Source: Ascidiella aspersa
Lineage: Eukaryota
Length of the DNA: 64,000 nt
Assembly: GCA_963924565.1 (NCBI GenBank)
Contig: OZ004609.1
Location: 17,918,001-17,982,000 of the forward strand
Direction: 5' to 3'
The notes beneath the pieces are model-generated. The model saw only the letters and a list, made by a program, of their open reading frames with translations, did not search any database and had not been told where the DNA came from. The translations under genes were made by a program, and so were the position numbers. Below, piece after piece: positions 28,181 through 43,100 of the stretch (positions within the stretch are counted from its first letter, which is position 1; each line of letters opens with the position of its first letter).

Positions 28181-31100
28181 CAGAAAAGCAAACCAAGAGT
28201 GGATTCGCTTTCCATTAATGGACTTATTAACTCTAGGTAAATATAAGCTCGTAGATCACATCTATATGTTCTAATTTGTTAGATTGTATTGCGTAACACA
28301 AAGAAGATGTCGGTCTGGGCATTTGATAGAAGTTTATGTCATTGAAAGTCTTGCTGCCAAATTGCTAAAATACTATGTACATAAAGAAAACAGCTAAATA
28401 TTTATATTTCCGTGTACTATAAAACCGAAATTGTGCTACAGATTTGCAGAAACAGTGGTGACGTCGATAGTTACCAATGACGCAAACGTTGCTCGCGAGG
28501 CTAAATTTGACGTTATCCTCCCGGTGGATGCCTTTATTATCAACGTAACAATGCATTTGGATAACGAAACCATTGTGGGCCAGATAGAGGAAAAAGAGAA
28601 GGCAAAGAAGATTTATGATCAGGTAGCCTACGTTTCTGTCTGTTTGCTGTAATCGGTTTTTAACATATAATTTTGCACCATGCCACAAATTGGCAGTTAA
28701 AATTATGCATCATTCCCTCTTTTTTGACAAGTGTGAGTGACAAAATAAGGACTTATTACTTACAGATGCATATTTGCACATGGGTTTGCTAGAAAACAAG
28801 AGATGTTTTTAAGATTAATTGTTTGTGACGTCATTATATCCCTAAATCTTTCATGTTTCCCCAAAAATAAATCCGGGATCCGCCCAGCTTTAAAGACAAA
28901 CAGAGGTGAACGAAACTGACACTGAGTGAAAATTTGGGGTTCGACGAAAGCTTGCCGAATAACATAGGGGTTCGACAGGGTAGCAAAGGTTAAGAACCAC
29001 TGGTATAATATAATAGGAATATTACCTCACAATGGTCAGTGAGAGGCGGCAAAGTAACTGCAATTAGACAGCTAGTTATCGGCCTATTGTCATGCGTTCT
29101 CTGGTACACCCCTGTAGGCTACACCCCATCAAGGTGGTACACCCTTTAAAAATTATGGTACACCCTGAGGTCTACGATACACACGATTGAAAAGCACTGA
29201 TTTAAAGCTTTCGGCGATTTTTCTCTGCATTATGCCTAACCATAAAGCATCAATATACAAAGGGTTGCGGAGTCGAATAAAAAAAACGAGTCCGACCCCG
29301 ACTCAACCAAATGTGCGATAGAGTCCCGAGTCCGGCTCTGACTCTACAGGGACTCTATAACAGAGCAACGGTCCCGGTATTACCGGAGGTCATGGGTTCT
29401 TCCTCACTGCAGGCCAGGGCTGCCACTCTGATTTTCAATTTATCCCAAGGTTTCTTGTCTAAAAATCCCAAGAATTGGAAAAAAATCCCAAGATTAAAAA
29501 AGCTGAAATATAAGAGACTGTGGCGGACTTTGTGGTGCGCACCTATGTTTGTTGAATCCTTTTTCTAGTCGCGGGCCAACAGAGAAAGTCTCTATGGGCC
29601 GCACAAAATGTTAACTAAGAAATGTGTTAATAAAATGTTAGAACAACTGTGAATCAGGCAGGCCTCGGACTTTTTGCACCATTACATTTAAGGAGGCGGT
29701 AAATGTTTTTTGGAGTCCACACCTCGTCATTCATACTGCTAATGAAAAGTGTGATACACCTACTTAGAAACGCGATAACTTTATTAATCTAATTTAGTCT
29801 AATCTAATTTATTAATCTAATTTAGTCCGATTAATCTAATTTAGTCCAGGCGCACCTGTCGAGCAAGGACAGCGCAATTTATTTGGTATACGGCTATTTT
29901 TAAAATTTTTTGTAAGTTTTTATTACATTGCCAAAAAACTAAAAAGTTAAAAATGCATGTCTAATATTTTTGTTTTCGTTTGTCCGCGACGCACTTGTCA
30001 GCCTTCCACGCCGCAACGGTAAAGAAGCGCTGTTCTACAGATTAAAAGAGAGCATCAAAGCGTAAACAAACCGAATGTACAAGGATGATTCGCGCGAAGC
30101 GCGACACTTTTTCGCACTTAAGTAATGTAAAATAGTCAAAAAGTAGGTAAAATTGACTCGTGTCTTGTTTGTCAAATGGGCGACGGGCCGGATGAATTAC
30201 ATTTGCGGGCCGAATCCGACCGTAGGTTGCCGAACCATGCTATAATAGCTATCATTATTATCCTTGATTGGGTCTGGAATGGACCCTGGAGCATTTAGGG
30301 CTAGGCTGTCGCATAAGCTAATAAATGAACGGTTTCGTCACACAAGCAAGTAAATAGCATTGTTACGTCACAGAAGTAAACGCACAGAAAGCAAACCAAG
30401 TTTCTCGCTCTGAGTCCAGCTCTGACTCTACACTACAGCCTGTATTTTACCCAATTACGCAACTAAATTAAGGTGGATTTTCTGCAATCCACAAATATTG
30501 GTGTCATAATTGATCCACTCGCATTACATGGTTGAAAAACATTTCACCATTTGCTATTACACTTTTACAACTTACATTTTGCCGCCTTAACAGTTTTAAA
30601 AGTTGATAATGCGCATGCGCACGTTGGACTCGGGACTCGGTTAGTTGTACGCGGTCTTACTCGAGTCCCGAGTCTTCACAATTGAGGCATGCCTCAAATC
30701 ACACATTAAATATACGATTTGTGAACTGGTTTCGCAAAAAACGGCGATTCTCGCGAAGCGCGAAGTTTCGGCATTACCTATACAGGGATGGCGAAACCTT
30801 TTATCGCGCGGGTCACAAACACGACCTTAATCCTTACAAAATGCACAAGTTGGTGGAATATTTAACTATATTCTAATTTTACGTGTAACTTTGCTTCTGC
30901 GTCGTTTTAAATTTTATTGCCTGTTTGGTAATTCAAGCTTTTTGGATGATTTTCCAAATTCGGATTCCGCAAATTTTCCCTAAAGTATCGCCCCCTTTAC
31001 GTTTACAGCGATAAACAAAATGCTTTTAGTTGCTTTTCTTCGCGCATCGAAGTGCAGTTAATGTAGGCCTACTCGTCACCCTAAAATAAATTTGCACGAC

Positions 31101-34100
31101 CCACACATTTGCCAGTCCTGATTTAAAGAGTATATTACTATCTAACGAAGAACTGTTCTTTTTTACATTTATTATTTCATGAAAATGATTGATAACATTT
31201 CGGTATTTCTAGAGAGACAAATAGGTCATTAAAAATCTCTGGTGGGTCACATCGTGACTCGCGGGACAGTGGTTCGCCATCCCTGACCTAGTAACTAGTT
31301 AATACAGCCAGAAAGTTTACTGTTAGCCTAAACGAGTTGTCATAAAATCAATGCAAGTCTAGAAATATACTTGAGATTTAAACTAACAAAGTAGGCTTTA
31401 GTGTGATCGGAATTGAGTTATGTAGATTTAATGCTCTATAATGGCTTTACTTACAACTACATTAAATTTAAAACTGTTCAGTGCGTAGGCCAAGCGTCGC
31501 GGATTTGTCTCAATAAGCTTTTCTCGTCTCGTAAAGATCCGGATGGCTAACGTATGACATTAAATTAGAAGCATGATTTTTTAAGCAATTGTTTTTTGTG
31601 TATCGCCGAAACGGACTATTCGTTTTTGCCGGACGTGTTGTTAAGTTGAATGTGGTTTGTGCCAGCCTTGTTTACCATGGTTTCTAAATCCTTATTTGAG
31701 ATTTTTGTTTTAAAGGCCAAGAAGAAAGGCAAGGCTGCTGGCCACGTAGCAGTCCGTGACAAGTCAGTGAAGACTTATCGTACAAGCATGTTCGTTGAAC
31801 CCAGGAAGAAGATAACATTTCAACTTACTTATCAACAGCTGCTCAGAAGAGTAAGTAAAAGCAGGGCCAACTGTAAAAAAATCAATGTTTAAAATACATA
31901 ACCACTTCAAATAAATCGTAACATAAAATGTTGATGAGCGATTATACTACGGGTTATGTCTATAAGCCCACCAGTTAAATTATATAAAAATCCCAGATTG
32001 AAAACTTTGAATATTGTTTCAGGGAGGCGTTTATTGAGGTTACACTTGCGTGGCTGTAACGAAGTTCCCAAAAAAATTTTAGCCGCGTCGAATAGTCCAA
32101 CGTACGGGTCCTATTTTTCTATCTGGTCTTTTTCGCAAGTGCTCTTTCAGTGAATTTGCGGAACTTAGCGCGCAAATTCACTTTGGCAAAGTTTTTCAGA
32201 GTGTAATATCTCGGACGTTATGCTCCTACTGAGCTAATAATCCGTACAACCCGTTTATTGGCCTAAGCTATTCACACACACAGAGCAGCAGCATATAATA
32301 GTTACGTCAGAGCAGTGTTTTTTAAGCTTTTACTCTGCTGCACCCCATTAAATCACCAACCAATTCACACACCCGATTTAGAACTGCTTAAATATCAAAA
32401 CCATTGTAATTTAAATATCAAGTAACTGACAGTAACACAATACCAAAATGTGAGTTAGTTTACATTTAAAAGAAACCCTGCGTTAGAGATACAAAATTTT
32501 CGATCATTTGTTGTATTTGCTTCAGCAATCCAACACACACACTTTTAGAAAAAATACGCTAAATCTGAACCGCTGGAATATATACAATCACTTTCCTGTT
32601 AAACTAGACTTAAAAATAAAATCAACCAGAATAATCACTGAATACCCCATAGGAATAAGACAAAAGATAACTGGATTAAAGCCTAATTTAGAAGCTGGCT
32701 ATGGCTTGATGTTTTTTAAACGATCTTGTCTTATTGCTGTGAATGTGTGTGTCCACTCCTGTAAGTTCCGGTTTCTGGCTACTTTAACGAGGTTGGATAA
32801 TATTTATTTAGCTTATTTATAAGTTTTAACAATATCTATATGGGGTTTTTTACAAGTATTTTGGTGGCCCCCAAATAGCTTGGTTTGACTATTCTTTCTG
32901 GACAAAATTAATACAGCGTTATACGGCCCCGGTATGACAGGAGGTCGTGAGTTCAAACCTCACTGTAGCCTAGTTGTTTTTGTAGCCTGCCTTGCTTGCA
33001 TCATTGATCGACAGATTCGTTAAGTCGCGATTGGTTGTGTTGTACTACAGCGTTATATATAGTTTTGCAGTTGTTATATAAAAACGTTTGAGTCGAATTT
33101 ATATTGTTTGATAAAAGCGCTTCAAACTTTATCAAAATTTTTCTTTTTTCTAAGCATGCGTTAGATTCAGTCGAACGTTGTTTGAATCTTTAAAACCAGT
33201 ACACGAAAACAACTAGAGATTCGTCGTGTGACTTGTTACCGAATAGCAACATGACGTCGCTCGTGCTTTAGTACAATTTCTTTCCTGTTGACGCCGTATG
33301 TAAACTTGTCAGTACACCTTAGCCGACATACAAAACAGGAACGAGGTAGCCCAGTCCAGCATTCATCCTTAGTCGGTAAACATATTGAACATTTATGTGT
33401 GTGTGCTTATCGCACAGGACAACCTGATCTTACTGGAAATAATGTCTCCAGCTTATCGGCAAGGTGAACGACAGAGTTTACTAGCCTACACAGAAAATTA
33501 AAATTCCTTTCCAGTCGCCCACGCTATCGAAACACTTCGTATGTTCCGTTGTTATAAACTTACCCTGTATTTTGCCATTTTTCTAAATTTAGGCCTGAAG
33601 TGTAGCCTAAAGGTATTTCATTATTTAAAAACACCATCTGCCGCCAGCTGGCTGAATGTTTCGAGATAGACCATTTTCGTTTCAAAACTTTACTTTGCCT
33701 GTTCCTAATTGTTACGGACACAAATCAGTCTTTACTTTTAAATGCGTTAACCTGCCTATATTTTATATTTGTAAAGGTAAGGGGCAAGTATGATTATGTG
33801 ATCTCCATCAGCCCACACGCGCCCGTGAAACGTCTCACGGTGAACGTTCACATCGTAGAGGACAACCCGATCCACTTTGTTGAAGTGTTGCCCTTCCTTA
33901 CGAAACAGACGAACGTTAAGGAAACGGGGTCACCTCCTGGAACCCAAGTTACGCTAAAGTAAGTGTTTTTATCTCCAAACACTACACGACGTTTCACTTG
34001 AAAGAAATTTCCCATGCTATCGTATTTAAAAATTAGCTTAAAAAATAAATACGATCAATACAACGAGGGGGTTGGCCAATAGGACTTATACGACAAATAT

Positions 34101-37100
34101 CTAATAACTTGCCCCCTCCCCCCCAAAAAAAATAATTCGTGTCCGATTACACAAAATACTATCTTTCCTTTTCATATGTTAATATTAAAGTTTATTTACC
34201 AAAACCCGGTTGTGTAACCGGTGTAAACAAATTGTTATCTTAAAGTGGCAGCGATTATTTTAAGTTGACGAATCGCTGACTGAGGCACATGATGCTCTAA
34301 AAGACGCGGTTGATAACCACTCTGTTCCCCTTTGTATCGGTTATCATCCTGTGAATGGAACCCAAAATCTGTCGTTGAATTCTGCTTTCAAAATATCTTG
34401 CGTTCTGTTTACTACACCCTTGGCCCACACTTTACCAAATTACCGCCCCAAAGTTCAATGCTGTGATGCAAAATTTAAAACAATCTCGCACTGCGAAAGA
34501 AATATTTCGGACAGGGGTCGTGAGGCATAATCCAACGATTCACAACAAACCCGCAAACCCGCGACGCACGTAATGAGTCGTGACACGGACCACCCTTTTA
34601 GCGTCTCCTGTAATTGACGTTGACCCATTAGGCTTCTCAAACGTGTCACTGCTGAAGAGATATAACTTTCGTTCCATCTCCCAAGAACAATGATGACAGA
34701 TATTTTACAAGGAGGGGCCACGTACAACTGTGTAGCAATAAAACGTGCCTTTGTTAACTTTGACGACCCTAGTTTTGGTTCGAATGTCAATGCGAAAGTT
34801 GGTTATTGAAAAAAATAAAAATTAGCCCGTTAGAACAAACAGCTTCACAATATTTTTATTTTAACACATTTCTTTAAATTTAGCCATTGGTTTTCAGACT
34901 TACGTCATTTCCTAGTAGTGGGCTAGAAGAAGAATTTATTTATGTTAATAAAAAGTATACACCGATTTTTTAAAAATATCTTTCCAGTTAGATCGCTGTG
35001 GCAAACCGCTTACCATGGTGAAACAATAACACCTTTTTTCTATCGGATAGGCACATGTGCCACCACAACAGGGGTTAAGTAGGAATACTACGACATGGAA
35101 AAGTTGGCAAAAAAGTTGCGGGCAGAAGCGGTTCTTTGTAGTAGCGTGAGAGTCGATCGCGCACTGTTTACCAATTTGCGTTCTTTCCATCTCTTGGGAA
35201 AATAATGCGTTAAAGACGTGGGAGGAAACAAAACTATTCCGAGGTTTTTCACGGAGCTAAAGGTCAAACACAGGTTCCTGTTAAAACCAAGTCTCACCAG
35301 TCAATATAAATGAGTGATCCAACAATACAAAATCGTAGACCGTACCCAATAGTACTTAACAATCTTGGATTCTAACTATGTCATGAAAACATTGTTAATT
35401 CGTAAAACAACATGGAGTAGTATTGGAACAACGGGAGCAATCTAAATTAATGTATTAGACCAGTGGTTACCTATTTTTTTTGCTTGGCCGTCCTCTTTTT
35501 CTTCCTTGAAACTAACGAAGACCCGTTAATCCTTAAACAAATTACCTAATATTATGAATAAAACTTATTAGGGATATATTCAAGCTAATAGTTACTTATC
35601 AGTCAAAATACTAAAAGACGTTTTGCAGACATCTTTTTTTATGCAAAGACGTTTTTTGTTAAATCTAACTTTATAAATATGCGAAAGCTTGAGTTGAATA
35701 CAGATAAATGTGGTCAAGTCGTTACTGATTCTTACCTGATTTCCGTAATCGTGACAACTCTTATCGTGTTTTAAACATTCGGCCATGCTCATGTGGCAAA
35801 TGTATATCTCAGCACTTTCTCCTTTTTCAGCAAGCACGATCGTCGCTCGGCACACATCAGATACACGCCAAACCTGAGCCAGCAGACCACCTACTCGCCC
35901 CTTGGCTTGTCCGGAACCTATCGCATACAATACGACGTGGAACGCAGCTACGCATTTGGCGATATAGTGACATCTGGCGGGTACGATTGTTACATTGATT
36001 TTAAAAGTTGTACTAATGTGGTGGCGGGCTTTTTCTAGTTTGCGGGGCGCTCATTAGAACAGACGTTTTTGGCAGACATTTTACATCATTTGATAGATCG
36101 GAATATAGAAATACAATTTTGCACCAGTTATACGTTTTTACCAGCAGTGTCAAAGGAATCATGGAATAACACCTAGTGTAAACCGGCACATGAAATTAGA
36201 CTGTACTTTGTTGTTCGTATGTGCAGTTACTTTGCTCATTTCTACTCGGCGCCGACGTTGACACCTATCCCTAAGTTGGTGGTTTTTGTGATCGACACCT
36301 CGGGATCCATGAGCGGACACAAAATTAGTCAAACGAAAAAAGCGTTCAGCGCCATTCTACGCACCCTTAACCCGGACGTATGTATTGTTAATTATATCAT
36401 AGGGCTACATTTGAGGTTTCTTTCATTTTGAACCTATGTGGATTAAAAATGTCATTAGTAAAAAATCCTTTTCTAACCTGTTTAGTGTACTTCCGTCATA
36501 TCTATAAAAACGATTTTGTTAAATTAATAGGCAATTACACCCACCTGGTTTATTTTTAATTTCCTGAAAAGCTGTTATACCTTTTTACCCGATTAAAATT
36601 ATTGACGGAAATTATATTTTAATAGGATTATTTCAACATGGTATTTTTTGACTCACGACCGGTTGCTTGGGTTAGCGACGTAATGTCCCCCGCGACACCA
36701 ACGAGTATAGAAGATGCTATTGTATACTTGAATCAACAAAACGCCGGTGGCTCTACTGGCATGACTGCAGCTATTGAGATGGCTTACGATTTACTGGGAC
36801 CGTTTTTAGTCAAACCTGGTGGTATGAAAAGTCTATTTTTTAGTTGTTTTTACAATTGTGTTTTATGAAACCTGTACCATTTTTTATGTTTTATTTAAGC
36901 TAGAAATGCCATAATTTGTAAATAATATATATTTATGTATTCAAACTTTGTACAGCATGGGGTACTCAGTTAAATTAATATATTGTCGGTTAGAGTTGGT
37001 CTGCTCTTGACTACAAGTTCCGATAATCTAATCATTAAGCTTATCAAACAAGCAAAATAAGTTGCTTTATTTGATTGGTTCTGTGCGAAATGTTAACATT

Positions 37101-40100
37101 ATTTTAGACACTTTTTTACAATTGTATTATGTGCACTTTGTGTAAGTGAACCTTTATTTTCATGTCAAGTAACTACCACGGCAAACCCTCGAATCCCATC
37201 AAATTCCCGTCGCATCCGCAAGAGGGAAGCAGAGCTCAACGAGGATCTGTCGGATTACATGAAAATGATTGTTCTAATGTCTGATGGACAGTAAGACGCC
37301 GAATAGTAAGCACTCAACATTGGCAACAGAACTTTATTTCCTTTTTTCTGACAGGCCAGACAGCAGAACCAGAGTGACGAGTCTTGCGGAGGAGCGTGCG
37401 CGACAATATGCTGACCAAGTGAAGGTGCACACGATCGGGTTCGGCAGCGGAGCCGACATGACGTTTCTCAAGAAGTTGGCGCTGATCAACGGAGGGGAGT
37501 CGAGGCGCGTGTTCGAAGATCTCAATGCTGTCGCCCAGGTATTATACGTTTGAGTGTGGGTATATAGAAAAATGAGCGCTGCGGAGTCGGATAAAAACAA
37601 CTCTCGAGTTCAACTCCAACTCAATCCCCACTCGAATCCCTAATCCGACTCCTACTCTGACCTAAAAAAAAATAAACTCGAGTTCGAGTCCCGAGTTCGA
37701 CTCCGTAGGATCCCGTATCCCATTTACGTAACTAAAATAGTGTGGATTTACAGCAATCAACTCATAGGCTTGCCAAATAACTCTTCCACACACAATACGT
37801 CTTTTAAAAACATTCCACCTTTGTGCTATTTCACGTTTACGATTTACAGTGTGCGGTTCCATCAGTTCAGAATTCGGTACTGCGCACGTCGGACTGGGGA
37901 CTAGTCATACGAATTCTTATTCGAGTCCATAATCCCGAGTCCGATTTCAGCGAAAAAACGAATCCGTCGAATCCTGAGTCCCGGGCCTGACAGCTCCGCA
38001 TCCCTGATCAAAATTATTCGCAACTATCCACTCCTCTTTCAGGTGTTCAACTTTTTCGAAGAGGTGGCCAACGCGTTGGTCAAAAACCTGGTGATCGAAT
38101 ATCCTCCAGAGAAGGTGAAAGACCTAACTGTTAATAGCTTCAGCATACTCACCAGTGGATCAGAGGTTGTGCTTGCTGGAAGATTCGAGAAGGATCTACT
38201 TGACGCCACCGGCGACGATCCTCTTGCTCTCCCCTTCCGTGGCCAGGTAGGAAATACAGGTTTACTAAAGAATTTTTAGAGAGACTATAGCCTGATCTAG
38301 TCCACTCTTATGCTTAAATAGTAATGAGCCGGCAAATATTTTAAGACATTTAAAAGTCTTAATCAATAAAAAAGGTGTCCCTTCTATAAAACGTTTCTAT
38401 AACATATGTTTGGAAGCAATTTGTTTAAAACATGTAAGTGTTTATATAAAGCATCTTATATCTAACATATTTACATTTTAAATTAAGATTGCTTTTTAGT
38501 ATCCACTTAAATCACTGTTTTCAAACAACTTAACTAAAACGTTTTTTGCGAAATAACTGGACTTGGTGAAAGTCATTTCGAACAAATAAACGTAACGTTT
38601 TTGATTTAACAAACCATGGTTAAAGGTAATTTTTGTCTTTATTTCCCACATTGTTCACGTAAAAATAGTTTGTTGCGAAAATGTTTAGGTTTTAGTGTTT
38701 TTCATACGAAATACCGGATAAAATAAATTCGCCAATTGTAATAGGCAAGCATTGCTGTTTTTGTTGCCAGTCACTTTAGAAATAAAATTGCTACAGCTAC
38801 GGAAATGACTTGGACTAGAACACAACTTCAAACCGACTTAGTTTGGCTTAGTCAGGTGCTTTGTTTATAGAATAGTGCAAAAATATCATTTGCAGATAAC
38901 TGGCGACACGTTGGACAGCGCCATTACACTGGACTTCGATGTTGATCCAAAAACCGAGTCACGGGTAGCTCGTTCAACGCATAAAGTAAGATATAAAGCT
39001 AAACGGTTAAAATAAGGGTTTGTTTAAGTAAAGTTCGTCCTTTACCAACATTTTTTTTTTAAATACGCATTACAATTCTTAAACAGCATTGGTTATGTTA
39101 AAAATTGTACCTTATCTTAGATTTGCTGTAACTAATTCTTAAATTATGCAGCTTTAGTTGATATGAACTAATATTACAACTATAACACTAAATAAGCTTT
39201 TTCCTTCGCAATATTCTAATTGCAAAGTTTTATGATTTCATGACAACTTCTAAAGATCTTTGCACGTTTCAATCTATTTTTGTGGTAATATTAAACTTTT
39301 ACAGGAAATAAATATTTTTTTATTACTTACCCCACCACGCCGAGATACAAATTAATCAAAAAAAAAATTAAACTTTACAGAATAGTCATCAAAACAAAAC
39401 AGACATTTTTACCCGACCTTACAGATTGACCAATTCACTGAGCGTCTTTGGGCATTCCTCAAGATAAAGGAGCTTTTAAACGCGGCAGCACTTGCCGATG
39501 AAGCGAACAAAACTCTATTCAACGAACAAGCTCTCAACATGTCGCTCAAGTGGGTTGTAATAAGTTTTGACTTGCGTTTTATTTTGCATAAACGACAAAA
39601 TATATTATATTTTAGACTTGATACCATCAGATCTATTTTAAGAGGCAGTTTTGAAAGCTCGCGTACGATAAGCTTCCGATGTTTTGGCTATAACAGACAT
39701 TTTCCCTTAAAATTAAAATAATATTTCATTTCTAATGACAGGCTTTATATTAATTTCATATTATGCTCTCGTGTTGCACGAGACATGGACAAATGTGTAC
39801 CAAAGGGAAATCATTAAATCATTCAGCGTTAACAAAACTATAGTAATTTACAGAACCTTGAATCTTATTTATAAAATTGATACATAACAACAATGTTTTT
39901 TTTTGGTTTTACGTTCTGTAAATAAAATTCAATATTGGTTGATAGTCGTATATTTATCTTATTCATAAATTGAAAACAAGCGGCACTGTTGACAAATTGT
40001 ATTATACTGTTGACGAGCTTTCGCTCAAACGAGCTTCATCAGGTCAGAGTAAGAAAATAATAAGAACGTTGAAAATCAAGCCAAAGTAAAAGGTGGTAAA

Positions 40101-43100
40101 AGGTAGGAAGTCTAATAGTTAGTTCAACAGGCGCACGTTCGCTAAACTTAGACCGCCTCAAGGGCGTGCGTAGCAGCGCATAATTGTTGGTTGGATGTAT
40201 GGCTGCATTTTATATGGTGTATACGTTTTCTTATAGTTTGTCCGTATGCACGTTTGAACCGGTGCAGAAGTGAAATACGTCTTGATCTTATCGACAGACC
40301 GGTTGGTGCACATTTTATGAAACATCACACATTTAAAAGATATCTGAGTCTCGGTAATTTAAAAATTACACTACGCCACCCACAAGAGACTCGCTTTTGG
40401 ACAACACGTTATAAAAAAGTTTAATGACTTAAACGCCGGACTCAATCGTAATTTTGGTTTCATGAAACATTACGCGCTGTTTTAGCGAACGTGCGCCTTT
40501 GGAACTGTTAGAAATGAAACATCCTACCTTTTATCACCTTTTACTTTAGCTTGTTTTAACCGTTATTTTTCTTTTCTTACTTTGACCTGATAAAGCACGG
40601 TTGTGCGAAAGCTCGTCAGCAGTATAATACAATTTGTCAACATCGCCACTTGTTTTAAAATTCGATAAAATAACTTGAAATTGTTCTATGCATACAACAA
40701 ACTACAAAAAACCTGAAACAACTTCTTGATCACAGACTACCTATGTTTGTCCCTATTTTCCGTTTTTTTTACTTCGTCATTGACTCAGATACAACTTCGT
40801 GACCCCACTGACCTCGCTGGTGGTGATCCGCTCCGAGGACCGGAAACAAATCGAGGAAGATCTGAAAGATGCGGAGAAGCTGCGGAAGCAGGAGGAGCAG
40901 GAGGGACTCCGGTCGATCGCGGCGATCTGGACGACGACGACCACCACGCGTGCTCCTCCTCCTCCTCCCATGCGACATCTCGCCTATGACGGCTCTCGTT
41001 CAGGAGGAGGTGGATTTTACGGCGACCCTCACTTCGTTGTTCCTCTTCGGGAGGACACGAAACTTTGCTTCAACTGGGACGGGAAAGACAACGAGGTGGG
41101 AAACTCCATCGGTTTCTTCTCCAAAAAAATAAAAAATAAAAAAATCGCACGGATTTTATAATTTTCGACGTAAATTGTATCAGTGCTTTTCAACCGGGTG
41201 TATCGTACACCCCAGGGTGTACCAGATTTTTTGAAGGGTGAACCACGTTGGCGGGGTGTTGTGGGGTGCAAAAGATACCGCATTACAATAAAGTCTATGA
41301 TCATAATAAATAAACAGGTGTTTTACCAGTCTGACTTGAGTGTACAATACATGGCACAACCTGTATTTAAGCGTACGTAGCTTGTAAGATACTATTTTTT
41401 ATTTGTGTCATCATAACCATTATTTCCTGGGGTGTACAAGTTCTTTAGTAAACGTAAAAGTGTGTACTGTTCCAAAAAAGGTTGACAAGCACCGAATTAT
41501 ATTACATTTTCCTTACAAGGTACCTACAAAGGTAGATTATAAACAGCAATTAATGACTAAACTGTATTTAAAACTCTGCTGCAGATCTACAACTTGTTCT
41601 ACAATCCCGTCAGCCGCGTCACGGTTAATGGTTTGCTTATCGTCAGGGACGTTGCCAAGCTTAAAAAGCCGGGATCCTTCATTTCAAAATTGGCTATCTA
41701 TCTGCCTGAGAGGAACTTTCGAATTATTGTAAGTTTATGTTCGTATCTTATATTTCCTGTGATTCTTTGGTAAAACCAGTTAGAATTCTGCATTTGTGTG
41801 CCAATTAACATCAAATTCTAATACGCGTGTTATGAGTGAAATGCCCTTGCAAGAACGGCGTGCCTAAGAAGCAAAAATTGTAACAAATTTTAAAATTTCC
41901 TAAATGTTCTGGCGTTTATGTTAAGCTCCGGACATGGCCCAAGATACATTACGGGATATAACGTATCCGAAGTACAACAAGCTTCACAACTTTTAACCTT
42001 CCCTACCCTATCAGAGGCATTGCGTCCGGAGCGTTGTTCCGAATACCTACTGGTGGATGTTTGAAAATAATTTTCTCCATTGTTCAAAGCTTCAGAATGC
42101 AAACTCTTAGGAACTTTAGTGTAACCCTTTCAGTACAAACTTATTTTGTTTTTTTTACGAACGTAAAGTGCTTGTAAAGAAATGCCCAACTTCTGACTAA
42201 CGAATTACAGAAACTTGTCGACAATGGATGCACCCGGCAGTCTAAGCCATAAATATTCAAATTGTTTCGTTTGAGTTGGGCGATTTTTTTTAAATGATGG
42301 TGAAACGTCATCCTATCTATATGAAGACCGTTCCACTTTAGGCCTGGATCTGACTTTTAATTAATATTTAAAAAACACTGTAACATTTTATAGGTTACCC
42401 CTTATAACGTGACGATTTGGCGCAACGATTATTCCAAACCACTGATATTCAACGTCACCTACCTAATGACCTTCACCAGAAAAGGAATTAGCGTGAAATT
42501 TCTTCGCGCAACTCACAGCACCGCGAAGATACAAGTTTTCTGCTACGGTTTAATATTTAACGTAAGTTCAAGATTGGAAACTGGTTTAAAGTTAAATTTG
42601 TGTGCGTTAAATCGAATCCAATTTTCGCTTCTTTGTATAGATCACTTCATACAGTAAGTGCTGTATAAACTATACACAATTTGAATAATAACAAGTGATG
42701 CAGAAATGAGTTGCAAAGTTTGCCTGGCTACTGTTTTTTTGCTCATGACGAACTCGTTTGCGATGATTTGAATGGTATATACAAGTTAAGATTTTTTATT
42801 TAAAGCGGATCCGTAACGCCGTTTTATCTTGGTAATATACTTCAAGAAAGCCTTGCAAGTGACATGTCAACTTACAGGAATATGCAGGTAAATGCCGCCG
42901 GCGTTTATCCATTCCTAATTTCTGAAACCGTGTAGCATACCACGGCGCACGTAAATTATGTGCCATAGTACAGCTTAAGCATAAGACTATGCTTTATCTG
43001 GATCTCGGAAAAGTTCATCGTTGGCTAACTACTGTACATTTTGTGGATTTGTTTATGTAATAGGCAGCGTTGTAAACTAGTCATTTTGAAATGACTCAAT

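Noticed and set aside
40726-40989. Several overlapping low-complexity ORFs on both strands
   Set aside because: Shadow frames of GC-rich exon 25 of the chimeric gene.
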